NCBI GenBank assembly: GCA_964016885.1
Contig: OZ024742.1
Span: forward strand, 160,580,001 to 160,644,000
Direction: 5' to 3'
Length of the DNA stretch: 64,000 bases
From: Eledone cirrhosa
Lineage: Eukaryota
The notes below the pieces were generated by a model, which was not told the DNA's origin, did no database searches, and worked only from the letters and a program-made list of their open reading frames with translations. Made by a program: the position numbers and the translations under genes. Shown piece after piece: positions 24,215 to 36,557 of this stretch (its first letter is position 1; each line of letters begins with the position of its first letter).

Positions 24215-26677
24215 TCAGGTTATAAATTGGGTGTTGAGCTCTAGTCTATTATTGATTGGTGGATGTGTTCTATCTATAATGAGTGCTTCCTTGATTCTAA
24301 GATTACCGAGGTTTCTTTCTTTAGTTTCTATCCTAACTGTTATGTTTTTATCAGTGTTTTTGCATTTAACTAGGTGTTTCTTAAATGAGGAAGCGTTAGT
24401 ATTGAGGTGTTCTTTTATTCTTATGTGGAGTGGTCTGGTGGTGCTACCTACGTAGAAGTTGTTGCATTTGTCACACTCTAGTCTGTAAACTACGTAAGCC
24501 TGGTGGCATAGGTCTGTGTCGTTGATGGGGCAGTTGGCTAGTCTGCAGCAGTTGTCATGTCTGGTGGAGTGTCTCTTAGCTAGCCGTCCACGCAAAGAAG
24601 GACCCGAATGGGCCAGTTGAATATCCAGACCTTCTCGTCTGATGGCTCTGCGGATGGCTGTTGTTGTTTCTTCACTGAAGTGTGGGAGCTTCAGGAAGCA
24701 AGTGTTAGTGCCTCGGGTGTGGTGTCCTCTGTTCTTTCTGGCACGGTTTGTGGTGGATGTCGTGTATCCGTTCAGTTTGAGTACTTCCAGGAAATGTGTG
24801 GTGTGTGTGTCTCGGTCTCTGGCGTCGGTGCATTTGTTCTTGATACGTGCCAGTTCGTTCTTTATGTATCCGAACTTGGCACCGAGTGGGAGGGCCGATC
24901 TGAAATGTACGAACAGGTCCCTGCTGGCGGATTTTTTATAGAAGCAGGTGTGGATGTTGCCTTCCTCTGTTACCCTGAGTTGGAAGTCCAGCAGGGATAG
25001 GGATCCGCGGTCATCGGGGTGTTCTATGCTGAACTTTATACTGGCGTCCATGCTGGAGAATGTTGTGTATATTTTCTCTGCCTCTTCACGGGATGATGTA
25101 AGGATGAGTATGTCATCTACATATCGGGTGAAGAAGGCATGGGAATGGCAGGTGTTGAGGGCTCGGCATTCTAGCTGGTTCATGTAAGTGATGGCCAGCA
25201 GGCCAGAGAGGCTGGATCCCATGGGTAATCCTGTTGTCTGTCTGTATGTGTGGTGGTGGAAGGTGAAGTACGTATTGTCTACTGTGAAGGACAAAAGTTG
25301 GTGTATGTCCGTCGGGTGGAGGCCGTAGCAGTGGATGTTCTCTGCGACCACGCAGTCCGTCAATAAATCGACAGCTGGGTGAGCGGGGACTGTAGTGTAG
25401 AGGGAGACAACGTCGAGGCTAAAAGCGTATTTATTAAGTTTAAGTTGTTCTGGCTGGAGTTGGTGTAATCTACGTATAACTTCGTCGGAGCTACTGACAT
25501 GTCCGGGGAAGGTGGAGAGTAGAGGCTTGAGGACCTGGGAGAGAAGCCAGGAAATTTTGTATAGGGGTCCTTCTATGCTAGAGACGATGGGTCTTATATG
25601 CGTCTTAGTGCTATTCTTGTGGGTCTTGATGAGGTGGTAGAAAGTGGGCAGTCTGCTATTTCTAGTGGTGTAGTTGAGTTTAATTTTATTCGGGAGTTGT
25701 CTTCTCCTACAGATATCGAACCAAATGGAGTTGGTCTGTTTTTCGATTTGGGCTGCGGTCATGTCCGGGATCACTGTGTACAGTTCACTGTCGCTTAGGT
25801 GTTCGAAGGCTAGGTTATTGTATGTGGCTTGAGAGATGACGCAGAACTCTTTACCTTTGTCGGATGGTAAGTAAATAAGTTCCTTATTCCGTAGGTTCTT
25901 CAGGGCGAGTTGTTGTGTCCTGGAGAGGTTAGGGGCCATCTTCTTCTGTTTCCGTAAGATGTTAAATACGGAATGTTTTAGTCTCGAGAGTTTATCTTCC
26001 AACTCGCGGTTGGCGGGCGGTGGATAGAGTGGGCGATCTAGTTGGTATATCGGGAATCTGGGTGTGGTGGATTCCGTGGTGTTGTTGTCGAGAGTCGATA
26101 TCCATTTCAGTTGGTAGGCAGCTCGACAGAAATTCGTTTCTATGTCGAGCCATAGTCTGTCGTCCAGTCTCTGTTTCAATATGAACTTGGGACCCAGGCT
26201 GAGGAGGTCTAATTCCTCTCGGGAGAGGGATCCTGTCAAGTCTGTGACGAGGTGTTTTGCGTCAGGTGTGTTGTTGGTCGGGGTGCCGCTAGGTTCGGTG
26301 TTGGTAACGTATTGTTCGCCTCTGTTGGTGTTTGGCGTTGGGATGTTGTTAAGACAGTTGGCCGTCCTGAGTTTGAGAAATTTTTGTGTTAGGCGTTTTT
26401 TCTCGTAGTCTCGGCGGTGGTGGTATGACCTGTCTATAGTGGCGGAGATGACCTTGGACAGAGGTTCTGGGGTTTCAGCGAGTTGTAGTACAAGGCTGGA
26501 GATAGTCCGTATGTGATGTTGTAGCGTGCGGTGTAGGTGTTGTATGAGTTTTCTTAGGCAGAATTTTTGTATGTAACTGAGTGATCGTTTGAGGCCTGGT
26601 GAATTGAAGCATGTTGGTAGGTGTAAATTTTTGATGGTTTTGGGAATGATGTTGTTGTTCAGGCATTGTTCAGGCAT
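24215..26677 (-). CDS. PLE reverse transcriptase + GIY-YIG endonuclease, 820 aa, uninterrupted (N-terminus slightly truncated)
   Basis: LSLGPKF, SDKG, IKTHK, RPIVS, SLDVVSLYT, GLPMGS, RYVDD, LLDF, Cys-rich linker, VVYRLEC..C..FYVGST.R.L..R..EH, IKEALII..IN. Confidence 0.92.
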   Translation of the reverse strand: MPEQCLNNNIIPKTIKNLHLPTCFNSPGLKRSLSYIQKFCLRKLIQHLHRTLQHHIRTISSLVLQLAETPEPLSKVISATIDRSYHHRRDYEKKRLTQKFLKLRTANCLNNIPTPNTNRGEQYVTNTEPSGTPTNNTPDAKHLVTDLTGSLSREELDLLSLGPKFILKQRLDDRLWLDIETNFCRAAYQLKWISTLDNNTTESTTPRFPIYQLDRPLYPPPANRELEDKLSRLKHSVFNILRKQKKMAPNLSRTQQLALKNLRNKELIYLPSDKGKEFCVISQATYNNLAFEHLSDSELYTVIPDMTAAQIEKQTNSIWFDICRRRQLPNKIKLNYTTRNSRLPTFYHLIKTHKNSTKTHIRPIVSSIEGPLYKISWLLSQVLKPLLSTFPGHVSSSDEVIRRLHQLQPEQLKLNKYAFSLDVVSLYTTVPAHPAVDLLTDCVVAENIHCYGLHPTDIHQLLSFTVDNTYFTFHHHTYRQTTGLPMGSSLSGLLAITYMNQLECRALNTCHSHAFFTRYVDDILILTSSREEAEKIYTTFSSMDASIKFSIEHPDDRGSLSLLDFQLRVTEEGNIHTCFYKKSASRDLFVHFRSALPLGAKFGYIKNELARIKNKCTDARDRDTHTTHFLEVLKLNGYTTSTTNRARKNRGHHTRGTNTCFLKLPHFSEETTTAIRRAIRREGLDIQLAHSGPSLRGRLAKRHSTRHDNCCRLANCPINDTDLCHQAYVVYRLECDKCNNFYVGSTTRPLHIRIKEHLNTNASSFKKHLVKCKNTDKNITVRIETKERNLGNLRIKEALIIDRTHPPINNRLELNTQFIT

Positions 26678-29083
26678 TCACCAACATGCTTCAATTCACC
26701 AGGCCTCAAACGATCACTCAGTTACATACAAAAATTCTGCCTAAGAAAACTCATACAACACCTACACCGCACGCTACAACATCACATACGGACTATCTCC
26801 AGCCTTGTACTACAACTCGCTGAAACCCCAGAACCTCTGTCCAAGGTCATCTCCGCCACTATAGACAGGTCATACCACCACCGCCGAGACTACGAGAAAA
26901 AACGCCTAACACAAAAATTTCTCAAACTCAGGACGGCCAACTGTCTTAACAACATCCCAACGCCAAACACCAACAGAGGCGAACAATACGTTACCAACAC
27001 CGAACCTAGCGGCACCCCGACCAACAACACACCTGACGCAAAACACCTCGTCACAGACTTGACAGGATCCCTCTCCCGAGAGGAATTAGACCTCCTCAGC
27101 CTGGGTCCCAAGTTCATATTGAAACAGAGACTGGACGACAGACTATGGCTCGACATAGAAACGAATTTCTGTCGAGCTGCCTACCAACTGAAATGGATAT
27201 CGACTCTCGACAACAACACCACGGAATCCACCACACCCAGATTCCCGATATACCAACTAGATCGCCCACTCTATCCACCGCCCGCCAACCGCGAGCTGGA
27301 AGATAAACTCTCGAGACTAAAACATTCCGTATTTAACATCTTACGGAAAAAGAAGAAGATGGCCCCTAACCTCTCCAGGACACAACAACTCGCCCTGAAG
27401 AACCTACGGAATAAGGAACTTATTTACTTACCATCCGACAAAGGTAAAGAGTTCTGCGTCATCTCTCAAGCCACATACAATAACCTAGCCTTCGAACACC
27501 TAAGCGACAGTGAACTGTACACAGTGATCCCGGACATGACCGCAGCCCAAATCGAAAAACAGACCAACTCCATTTGGTTCGATATCTGTAGGAGAAGACA
27601 ACTCCCGAATAAAATTAAACTCAACTACACCACTAGAAATAGCAGACTGCCCACTTTCTACCACCTCATCAAGACCCACAAGAATAGCACTAAGACGCAT
27701 ATAAGACCCATCGTCTCTAGCATAGAAGGACCCCTATACAAAATTTCCTGGCTTCTCTCCCAGGTCCTCAAGCCTCTACTCTCCACCTTCCCCGGACATG
27801 TCAGTAGCTCCGACGAAGTTATACGTAGATTACACCAACTCCAGCCAGAACAACTTAAACTTAATAAATACGCTTTTAGCCTCGACGTTGTCTCCCTCTA
27901 CACTACAGTCCCCGCTCACCCAGCTGTCGATTTATTGACGGACTGCGTGGTCGCAGAGAACATCCACTGCTACGGCCTCCACCCGACGGACATACACCAA
28001 CTTTTGTCCTTCACAGTAGACAATACGTACTTCACCTTCCACCACCACACATACAGACAGACAACAGGATTACCCATGGGATCCAGCCTCTCTGGCCTGC
28101 TGGCCATCACTTACATGAACCAGCTAGAATGCCGAGCCCTCAACACCTGCCATTCCCATGCCTTCTTCACCCGATATGTAGATGACATACTCATCCTTAC
28201 ATCATCCCGTGAAGAGGCAGAGAAAATATACACAACATTCTCCAGCATGGACGCCAGTATAAAGTTCAGCATAGAACACCCCGATGACCGCGGATCCCTA
28301 TCCCTGCTGGACTTCCAACTCAGGGTAACAGAGGAAGGCAACATCCACACCTGCTTCTATAAAAAATCCGCCAGCAGGGACCTGTTCGTACATTTCAGAT
28401 CGGCCCTCCCACTCGGTGCCAAGTTCGGATACATAAAGAACGAACTGGCACGTATCAAGAACAAATGCACCGACGCCAGAGACCGAGACACACACACCAC
28501 ACATTTCCTGGAAGTACTCAAACTGAACGGATACACGACATCCACCACAAACCGTGCCAGAAAGAACAGAGGACACCACACCCGAGGCACTAACACTTGC
28601 TTCCTGAAGCTCCCACACTTCAGTGAAGAAACAACAACAGCCATCCGCAGAGCCATCAGACGAGAAGGTCTGGATATTCAACTGGCCCATTCGGGTCCTT
28701 CTTTGCGTGGACGGCTAGCTAAGAGACACTCCACCAGACATGACAACTGCTGCAGACTAGCCAACTGCCCCATCAACGACACAGACCTATGCCACCAGGC
28801 TTACGTAGTTTACAGACTAGAGTGTGACAAATGCAACAACTTCTACGTAGGTAGCACCACCAGACCACTCCACATAAGAATAAAAGAACACCTCAATACT
28901 AACGCTTCCTCATTTAAGAAACACCTAGTTAAATGCAAAAACACTGATAAAAACATAACAGTTAGGATAGAAACTAAAGAAAGAAACCTCGGTAATCTTA
29001 GAATCAAGGAAGCACTCATTATAGATAGAACACATCCACCAATCAATAATAGACTAGAGCTCAACACCCAATTTATAACCTGA
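26666..29083 (+). CDS. PLE reverse transcriptase + GIY-YIG endonuclease, second copy, 805 aa, no ATG at its 5' end
   Basis: Same protein as the minus copy from PTCFN onward except one Q/K difference (RKQKK vs RKKKK); the ORF call opens on TTG. Confidence 0.88.
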   Translation: MFRHSPTCFNSPGLKRSLSYIQKFCLRKLIQHLHRTLQHHIRTISSLVLQLAETPEPLSKVISATIDRSYHHRRDYEKKRLTQKFLKLRTANCLNNIPTPNTNRGEQYVTNTEPSGTPTNNTPDAKHLVTDLTGSLSREELDLLSLGPKFILKQRLDDRLWLDIETNFCRAAYQLKWISTLDNNTTESTTPRFPIYQLDRPLYPPPANRELEDKLSRLKHSVFNILRKKKKMAPNLSRTQQLALKNLRNKELIYLPSDKGKEFCVISQATYNNLAFEHLSDSELYTVIPDMTAAQIEKQTNSIWFDICRRRQLPNKIKLNYTTRNSRLPTFYHLIKTHKNSTKTHIRPIVSSIEGPLYKISWLLSQVLKPLLSTFPGHVSSSDEVIRRLHQLQPEQLKLNKYAFSLDVVSLYTTVPAHPAVDLLTDCVVAENIHCYGLHPTDIHQLLSFTVDNTYFTFHHHTYRQTTGLPMGSSLSGLLAITYMNQLECRALNTCHSHAFFTRYVDDILILTSSREEAEKIYTTFSSMDASIKFSIEHPDDRGSLSLLDFQLRVTEEGNIHTCFYKKSASRDLFVHFRSALPLGAKFGYIKNELARIKNKCTDARDRDTHTTHFLEVLKLNGYTTSTTNRARKNRGHHTRGTNTCFLKLPHFSEETTTAIRRAIRREGLDIQLAHSGPSLRGRLAKRHSTRHDNCCRLANCPINDTDLCHQAYVVYRLECDKCNNFYVGSTTRPLHIRIKEHLNTNASSFKKHLVKCKNTDKNITVRIETKERNLGNLRIKEALIIDRTHPPINNRLELNTQFIT

Positions 29084-29458
29084 TAGGGCCTCTAGCCCCA
29101 CTTTACACACCCCACACACACGCACGCACACACCTCCACTTATTCTCTCTCACACATACACACACAAAACCAGTTCTAACACCAGATAACACCTACCCCC
29201 CACTTTTACGATTAGACCTATCTTCCCACACTCACACACACACATACCTACACCTTCATGCTTTCTCCCACACACATATACAGGCACGCATATAAAATTT
29301 AAAAAACACAACAAAAACATAAACAAACCCCTCTTAAAGGGAGACTACTCTTTACCCACCTAATTTTAATTCTTTGATATTAAAGTTAGAACTCTATACT
29401 ATTTCCGGTCAGCATGGCTTCATTGGAAATTTAGACGCTGGTCTGAGACTTTTACTTC

Positions 29459-29493
29459 CCTCCGAAGAAGAGATATTATCTCGAAAATTAAGG
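29459..29493 (+). ncRNA. Minimal hammerhead ribozyme, U4C core, in pLTR (mirror 23805-23839 on minus)
   Basis: CCT-CCGAAGA-A-GAGA tatta TCTC-GAAA-AT-TA-AGG. Confidence 0.7.
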
Positions 29494-29606
29494 ACATTTA
29501 AATAAATTCAAGGTGAAAGACGAATCCTCATCAATATCTCTCACTATTGCATTCTTTTTCTATGTCCATATCTGCATTGTCTTGGCCTTATTACACATAT
29601 TCTAAC

Positions 29607-29683
<77 letters not shown>

Positions 29684-29687
<4 letters not shown>

Positions 29688-30388
29688 ACGTAAAATAAGA
29701 AAATTTCTTTAAAAAAATTAAAAAAAAAAAATTAACTTACTTACTTATATTTTCACTCCAACTAATTAGTTTCTGCAATGGGATAAAGACAGTTACGTAA
29801 TGAACTGTTGAGAATTTCATTGCGTCATCAAGGAGGTCATTCTCAGCCGAGTCTCCAGGCGATGCGCGGACACTGGGGACTCATATATAAATAATAATAA
29901 TTCGGCAACTGGAACAGCTATCGAGGACTGGATTCCAGCCACTGAAAATTCTCACTGCCACTGATCATATGGCCGATTCTAAAGAATCAATCACGTGACA
30001 CAGAGGCTAGTCAGTAGGAATGGGATGGTAAGATGACAGACGCCTACTAACACCCCCCAAAAAAATTTAGAAGTGGTTTTGGCAGGTTTGCTCGACAAAT
30101 CAGTGATTTGGAGATAAATATAGATAATTTAATATATCTACTAACATAAGCGCACAGATGTACGCTAATGCCAGCAAATACACAGGTTATGTCATAGTAC
30201 CTAGGTGGTTCAATGCAGGAGAATGCAGAACAATAATATATAAGACGTAAAATAAGAAAATTTCTTAAAAAAAAAAAAAAATAAAAATTAACTTACTTAA
30301 ATTTTCACTCCAACTAATTAGTTTCTGCAATGGGATAAAGACAGTTACGTAATGAACTGTTGAGAATTTCATTGCGTCATCAGGGAGG

Positions 30389-30391
<3 letters not shown>
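29684..30391 (-). mobile_element. Non-coding element with ~150-bp direct terminal repeats, each carrying an HHR (29756-29835, 30308-30387)
   Basis: 29684-29839 matches 30241-30391; minus strand reads CTCC-CTGATGA-CGCAATG...CATTGCA-GAAA-CTAATTAG-TT-GGAG. Confidence 0.8.
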
Positions 30392-30442
<51 letters not shown>

Positions 30443-30522
30443 AACTTAAACCAAAATATCATTTTGGGGGATGGTAATACTAGTCAACTCGGCTAAAAAA
30501 AGTAAGTTATAACTTATAAAAT

Positions 30523-30614
30523 ACCTCAACCATGGTTGGTTTCTGAAACATCGGGGATTCCAAGACATTGGAATAACCATTATTGGAAGAATTCAAGTTT
30601 CTTCATCGGGAGAT
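30523..30614 (-). ncRNA. Type I hammerhead ribozyme, U4C core, in an old pLTR whose 3' end is at 30438
   Basis: ATCTC-CCGATGA-AGAAAC...GTTTCA-GAAA-CCA acca TGG-TT-GAGGT. Confidence 0.7.
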
Positions 30615-31426
30615 GAATTCTGCATAAAAATGAGGGGACAATTTGAAAATATATCATACATACCATTTCACTGCTAGATCTAAATTATGAACAAGGTGTT
30701 GTATCGTTGAATTACCATATAAGTTATTATAGAGTTATAATTTAATATTGGCTGCTCTATAATTGTTTGAGTTGATTTAGACTGTTTTGACTGCTTTTTC
30801 TAGCGTCGATATAAGCCCATCATATTGCTCTAATATATTGAGTAGAAAATGTTCATACAGTAATTCAGAGTTGCATCCCATTGCTTCACCATACTGCCTA
30901 CAAATGGTATGATGTATATAGTATATATGGTGTATATCGTATATATTCAACTTGTCACTTTGGGTGGAGTATATTCATATGGTATGGAAATGTCATGGCT
31001 GAGCAGTTCATAAGGAAAACCCTATCGTTAAAATAAGTTATTAGACTTGGTAAAGTAAGTACTGGGGTAGATATGATCGATTAAATTTCATATTTCTCGA
31101 CATTTACATATTTTAATTCCATTTGGGCATTCTTCATCTAAGCAATTTATCAATTAACCAACTCTTCATTTGGCAAGATGGACGTCAAAATTTATTGAAA
31201 AGATATACGACGACTTCCAAATATGCATATGTCTAGTGGAATAAGAAATTCCATATCTAGGCATCGACTCCAGCCACCTGTTCCGGTATAATATGGAATG
31301 ACAAAAATATTCCAAATTGATAAGCCATAAGAAAAGAAATACAACTAATCTTCCCAATATATATATATATAAATATATATGTATATTTTCTATATATATA
31401 TATGTATATATGCATGTATGTATATA

Positions 31427-31494
<68 letters not shown>

Positions 31495-31883
31495 GAGAGA
31501 GAGGGGGGTGAAGTAAGGCATTATACACAGATGTACAAAGACTCGCTCTCTCTTTCTCTGTGTGTGTGTGCGTATATATATATATATATATATAAAGAGA
31601 GAGAGAGAGAGAGAAGGACAGAGAGCGAGAGGGAGGTGATGAATGAAGGCAATGCATACACAATTTTCTTTCTGTTTCCCACTTGCTCGTCCTCTCTCTT
31701 TCTCCCTCTCTCCCACTCTCACTCTTGTTATATCTACTAATATATTTCAGTTCTGACGTGTGTATTCTGAGATAGCATATGTCTCAATGTCTACATCGTC
31801 GGACCCAACTAAGTGATGTATTTTTCCATTCTTTTCTTCAGGCTTATCAAATTATATTTTTACCTTCATTCAGCACATTCATC

Positions 31884-31940
<57 letters not shown>

Positions 31941-32139
31941 GAGGAAATAGGGAGAGAAAGAGTGGAATAATTTCTTGTCCATTTATGCTTATATCCGGTT
32001 TGTAAAGTATTCACATTGGAGGAACACTCGCCTTCGCTTCATCACTCACTCTTTGTCTCCAACCCAACCACATGTATTTATATGAAATAAACATATATAT
32101 TTACACACACATCCACAGAAACGCATTCACAAACAAACA

Positions 32140-32210
<71 letters not shown>

Positions 32211-32332
32211 CATACATATAATACTGGAAGAATGTTTCCAAAGCCCTGAATTTCCGTCAGCTTTATTTTCTTTACATGATATATTACTTTACTCTAGATA
32301 TATGGCGGATACACACACACATACACACACAC

Positions 32333-32376
<44 letters not shown>

Positions 32377-32870
32377 GAAAATAGAGAAATTAATGTAAGC
32401 AAAAAGCCGACAATAATTCAGACATATAAGTGACTATAGCCTCAAGATGAAATATATATATATATATATTCGTAGCTTATATACAATTTTATGATTCTGA
32501 ATGTGCTTAGTTAGAATAGACATTATAGCCTCTGTTATGGTCAGGTCTTTGTAAAGTTACCGCTTGCGTTGTCACTGAAACACTGACGGTTATACTAAAG
32601 TTTCAGTATTTACTGCCTAGAAGAATGCCCTAAGCTTCTTCTATGTATATTATCTTTACCTTCACGAAATATAAACTCTTAAAAATTCATATTTAATCTG
32701 GAAGTTTGTTCCTTTACTCTTTCACTATTATACTGCTTTTAGTCGTTTAGTCGCTCATATATCTCTCTTAACTCCAGTACAGTAATTAATATTTTACCTA
32801 TAACTTTTTCTTTAACGAACCGTTAATCTACGTAACATAAATGCAGATACAGACACAAATGTATAAATAG

Positions 32871-32989
<119 letters not shown>

Positions 32990-33059
32990 CCTATTTACCT
33001 ACTATCTACCTATACCACCACCCCATATATATATATAGAAAGAGAGAGAGGGAGAGAGG

Positions 33060-33133
<74 letters not shown>

Positions 33134-33550
33134 TAGATGATAGGCCAGCTGCCATCTGATGATGTGCTTTACCCCATCACAGCAATTGCTGGAGGCTGGT
33201 TGTTGTTTCATTAAGAAAATTGGGGTATGGTTCTGAAAGACTTTTTAAAATTAATTTATGTCTTGTGTGGTATGTGTGCGGTGAGTGGGGTTGATTGTGG
33301 GATTATGATTTGCGTGTGAGTAAGTTCGTGAATAGAATTGCTTTCATTTAGATTTGTTTACCATCTTGTTAAATGAAGGTGTAATATGAATGAAATAATT
33401 TTATTTTCGTCTTCTCTTATATAAACAAAACGCCAGCACCAACAGTTTTGCAAGAGATGTCAACATGAATGAACCTATTATTTTTATCTAAATACATTTT
33501 TTCCAATTCCAACCCACCCGTCCCCTCAATCTATCTTATTTCTCATTCTT

Positions 33551-33586
33551 TCTTCTGATGAAGGACTAGCGTCCGAAACTTTAAGA
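33551..33586 (+). ncRNA. Minimal hammerhead ribozyme
   Basis: TCTT-CTGATGA-A-GGAC tagc GTCC-GAAA-CTTT-AAGA. Confidence 0.75.
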
Positions 33587-33812
33587 CCCTCTTCCTGCTA
33601 TATCAAGCGTTAACCTAATATATCCCTTCCATATACTGTACCGATTGTGTTGTTATTTCTGATTACCTTTTACATGCACCCCCCCCCCCCCATATATATA
33701 TATATACTGTATATATATATATATGAATTCATATAAAAATGAGAAAACTCATCGCTAGAACAGCCGTAAAAACAGCCAAATGCTGTCAACAATGGTCAAA
33801 AATGCCTTAGAG

Positions 33813-35051
33813 CAGACATGCGAAACATGCGGCCTTTTGCAAGCACACCAGCGGCCCGCACAAAGGTTTATACAGCGCAAGCATGTATTATCTTTGTAAT
33901 CTACTATATAAATTGGAAGTGGTCGGACGTTGTATATTTATGTAAGTAGGTGTAGTCGGATAAACGTCGAAACGGCTGGGTGGAATGCAGCGAAAATTTA
34001 CACAGCTATGCAGAATGACCGGAGGAGGCGTTGGGTCGACTTTCAAGCTCCAAACTTCCATGGTCACGGAGAAAACCGATGAATTTCCCATTCAAATTGA
34101 ACTGAGAGTAATCTGTGAACGCAGAAGTAAATATTTCAAGAAACGTTCCAACTGAACGAAAACAGGAAGACGATATTTTGGTTCGTGAAGACATTCCCTG
34201 GCAATGAACGAAAAAAAAAGCGAGGATAATACGTCGTTATGTGGGGCGAGAAGAACAATTTCATGCAAAGACAAGACCAAGTTTATGGTATAAACGGAGT
34301 CGTTAGACTAATATTCCATTTAAAATAACCGAATGATTTCCAGCCCCGGAGTTTAAGAATGATGTAAATAAAATTGAAAACGAAAATGACAGAGGTTATT
34401 AAAATAGTAAAAGTAAATAGTGAAGATTTAGGCCAGTACATACGTATGCCCCGACAGACATACACATACATACGCACACACAAATACATACTCCTCCCCC
34501 CACACACACGTACACACACGAGCGCACGCGTGTATAAACCTTATGCATTTCTACAGTATTTTCACCAAACTTAAGACATAGGTTACTTATGTACTCCGGA
34601 TGGTCATGGGCTCTTTCATTTTTACAGATATTGATTACAGGGCCCCCCGGCAGATAACCCCCTTTAACCACTTTAACCACTTCCTTGGAGTCGACTGAAG
34701 CACCGCAGTTCAATGCAACAAAACGTCATAACTTCTGGAGTTCGCAACCGATTTTCACAAAACTTGACAGTTGGGCTACGTTTGTCCTACAGATGAATGT
34801 GAACTCACAGAATTGGCACCTATTGAGTAGGCGACCATCCATGAAGGCAGGAACCCTCTTTTGGAAAAAGCCGATGATTTTGTAAAAGTATAGTTTTCGA
34901 AGTAGCACTGAAGTATTGACATAAATGGTATACACAACTGCTAGTATAAAATAAAAAGAAATTAGTTTTAATGTGCGCAATTAGTTGTCGTGTCAGACAA
35001 CACATATGTGACCCATGTGGCCCTCGGGGAACCATCAGTTTGACATGCCTG
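33813..35051. mobile_element. Non-autonomous hAT (Charlie/Buster-like) element carrying nested repeats
   Basis: Ends CAGACATGCGAAAC / GTTTGACATGCCTG; 8-bp TSD CCTTAGAG (33805-33812) / CCTTAGAC (35052-35059). Confidence 0.7.
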
Positions 35052-36557
35052 CCTTAGACTAGAGGACAGATATCAGCGGCCAGTGGTCGGCAGACAGACA
35101 ATCCACGAGGTGGCTGACAGGCTGATGAAATAAAGAAAAGATACTCCCTACCCCCATTGTTGACAAAATGCTCTGTTGTCGATCAGCTTCTATCTAGAAC
35201 TTTCTATCTGTCTATCTGTCTATCAACCCACCTACTATTTCTCTATCAGACAGTCTATTTTTCTGCCTATGTATCTATCTAGCCATCTACCAATCTAAAG
35301 GATTTCTTTATAGCTAAATCAGAGGAGGAAATCGCATCAGCGCTCTAACGTATTTTTATGGATTTTTATGCACCTTTATATATAAGTTCCTGGATGAATA
35401 AAAAGAAAACACCACATCTCATGGGGTATCTATTCCTAGACATATGGCGGACTCTGCTACAAACATCAACAGCCAGATGAGTGTATTATGTCGAGCGATG
35501 GGTTGGGTTAACCACGCAAGAACAACTACAGAACTAAATGCCCATAAGTATAACAACTGTGACTTCCATGTATCTTTATGGACTCGTAACTACAGATGGG
35601 ATCTTAGCGGTGCTATTATTACATACGGCGTGTTCTGGGTATTTTAAACCTTGCAGAGCTCATTCTCTTTCCAAGTGTGAACACAGCCGATTTCTTTCAG
35701 AGAAGGAGAGGGAGAAAGAATGATAGGGTGGAAAAGTGCAAGAAATACAGAGGAAGAATCGACCCCAGTACACGAGTGGATAAAAGTCAAACTGACCTCA
35801 GTGAGATTTGAACGCCGAGAGTGCAGTGAGCCGGAGCGAATATTGCAAAGCATTCTATTCGACTTTCTAACAACTCTGCTAATTCGCCGCTTTAGACCGC
35901 CATACACGATCTAAATTAAGTAGAGTTGTACACGTAGCTTCACCTATAAGAGGGTCATAGAATTCGGCATTAAGCAATGGAAGAACATTCATGGAAAGTG
36001 TTCTAACGAGCGGTGGATTAGATCTACCTCCCAATAGCAAATGCAGAACTACAGTTCACCCACTGACACCGCAGCACCGTTTCTGTCAACCCAGTTTCAC
36101 TTGTCAGGCATCATAGTTTATGTTCGGCATGGAATGATTTTTTGGTGAAATCTTTTGGCATTTTGACAGTCTTCTTCAGGTCTTGAGTTTGAAAGCTCTT
36201 CAAGTCTACATAGCTTTTAGACACCACCAGATTCCTGGCCGTCATCAGGCAGACGTAGAACGGAAGCATTTTCCTTATTCATACCAAAAGAACCCTACGA
36301 TCATAAATAATTCATATGTAATGTGGCATTTAATTCTTGTTCCAATACCTTCATTATACAATATAACTAAGACCGTATACGCCCTAACTAGAACGTAAAG
36401 CACCCTCGCTTGTAAAAGCAATAACAGCCAATCCCACCAAAGAACCAACACCTAGTATCTCAAATAGACTCTTAGGTCACATACTGTATAGGATCCAAGA
36501 AATTAGGTTCTAATAGTAACATAATGTACTAGTAATATTGGGGTGCATTATATATAG

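Noticed and set aside
24231-29067. Short antisense and overlapping ORFs within the palindrome
   Set aside because: Shadows of the PLE ORF, duplicated only because of the inversion
30620-31310. Possible decayed GIY-YIG C-terminus (SWLIDKL, CPNGI) on the minus strand
   Set aside because: Position upstream of an HHR fits, but it is too degraded to call
35950-36480. Possible old LINE C-terminal fragment on the minus strand
   Set aside because: Only weak motif hints, with many stops
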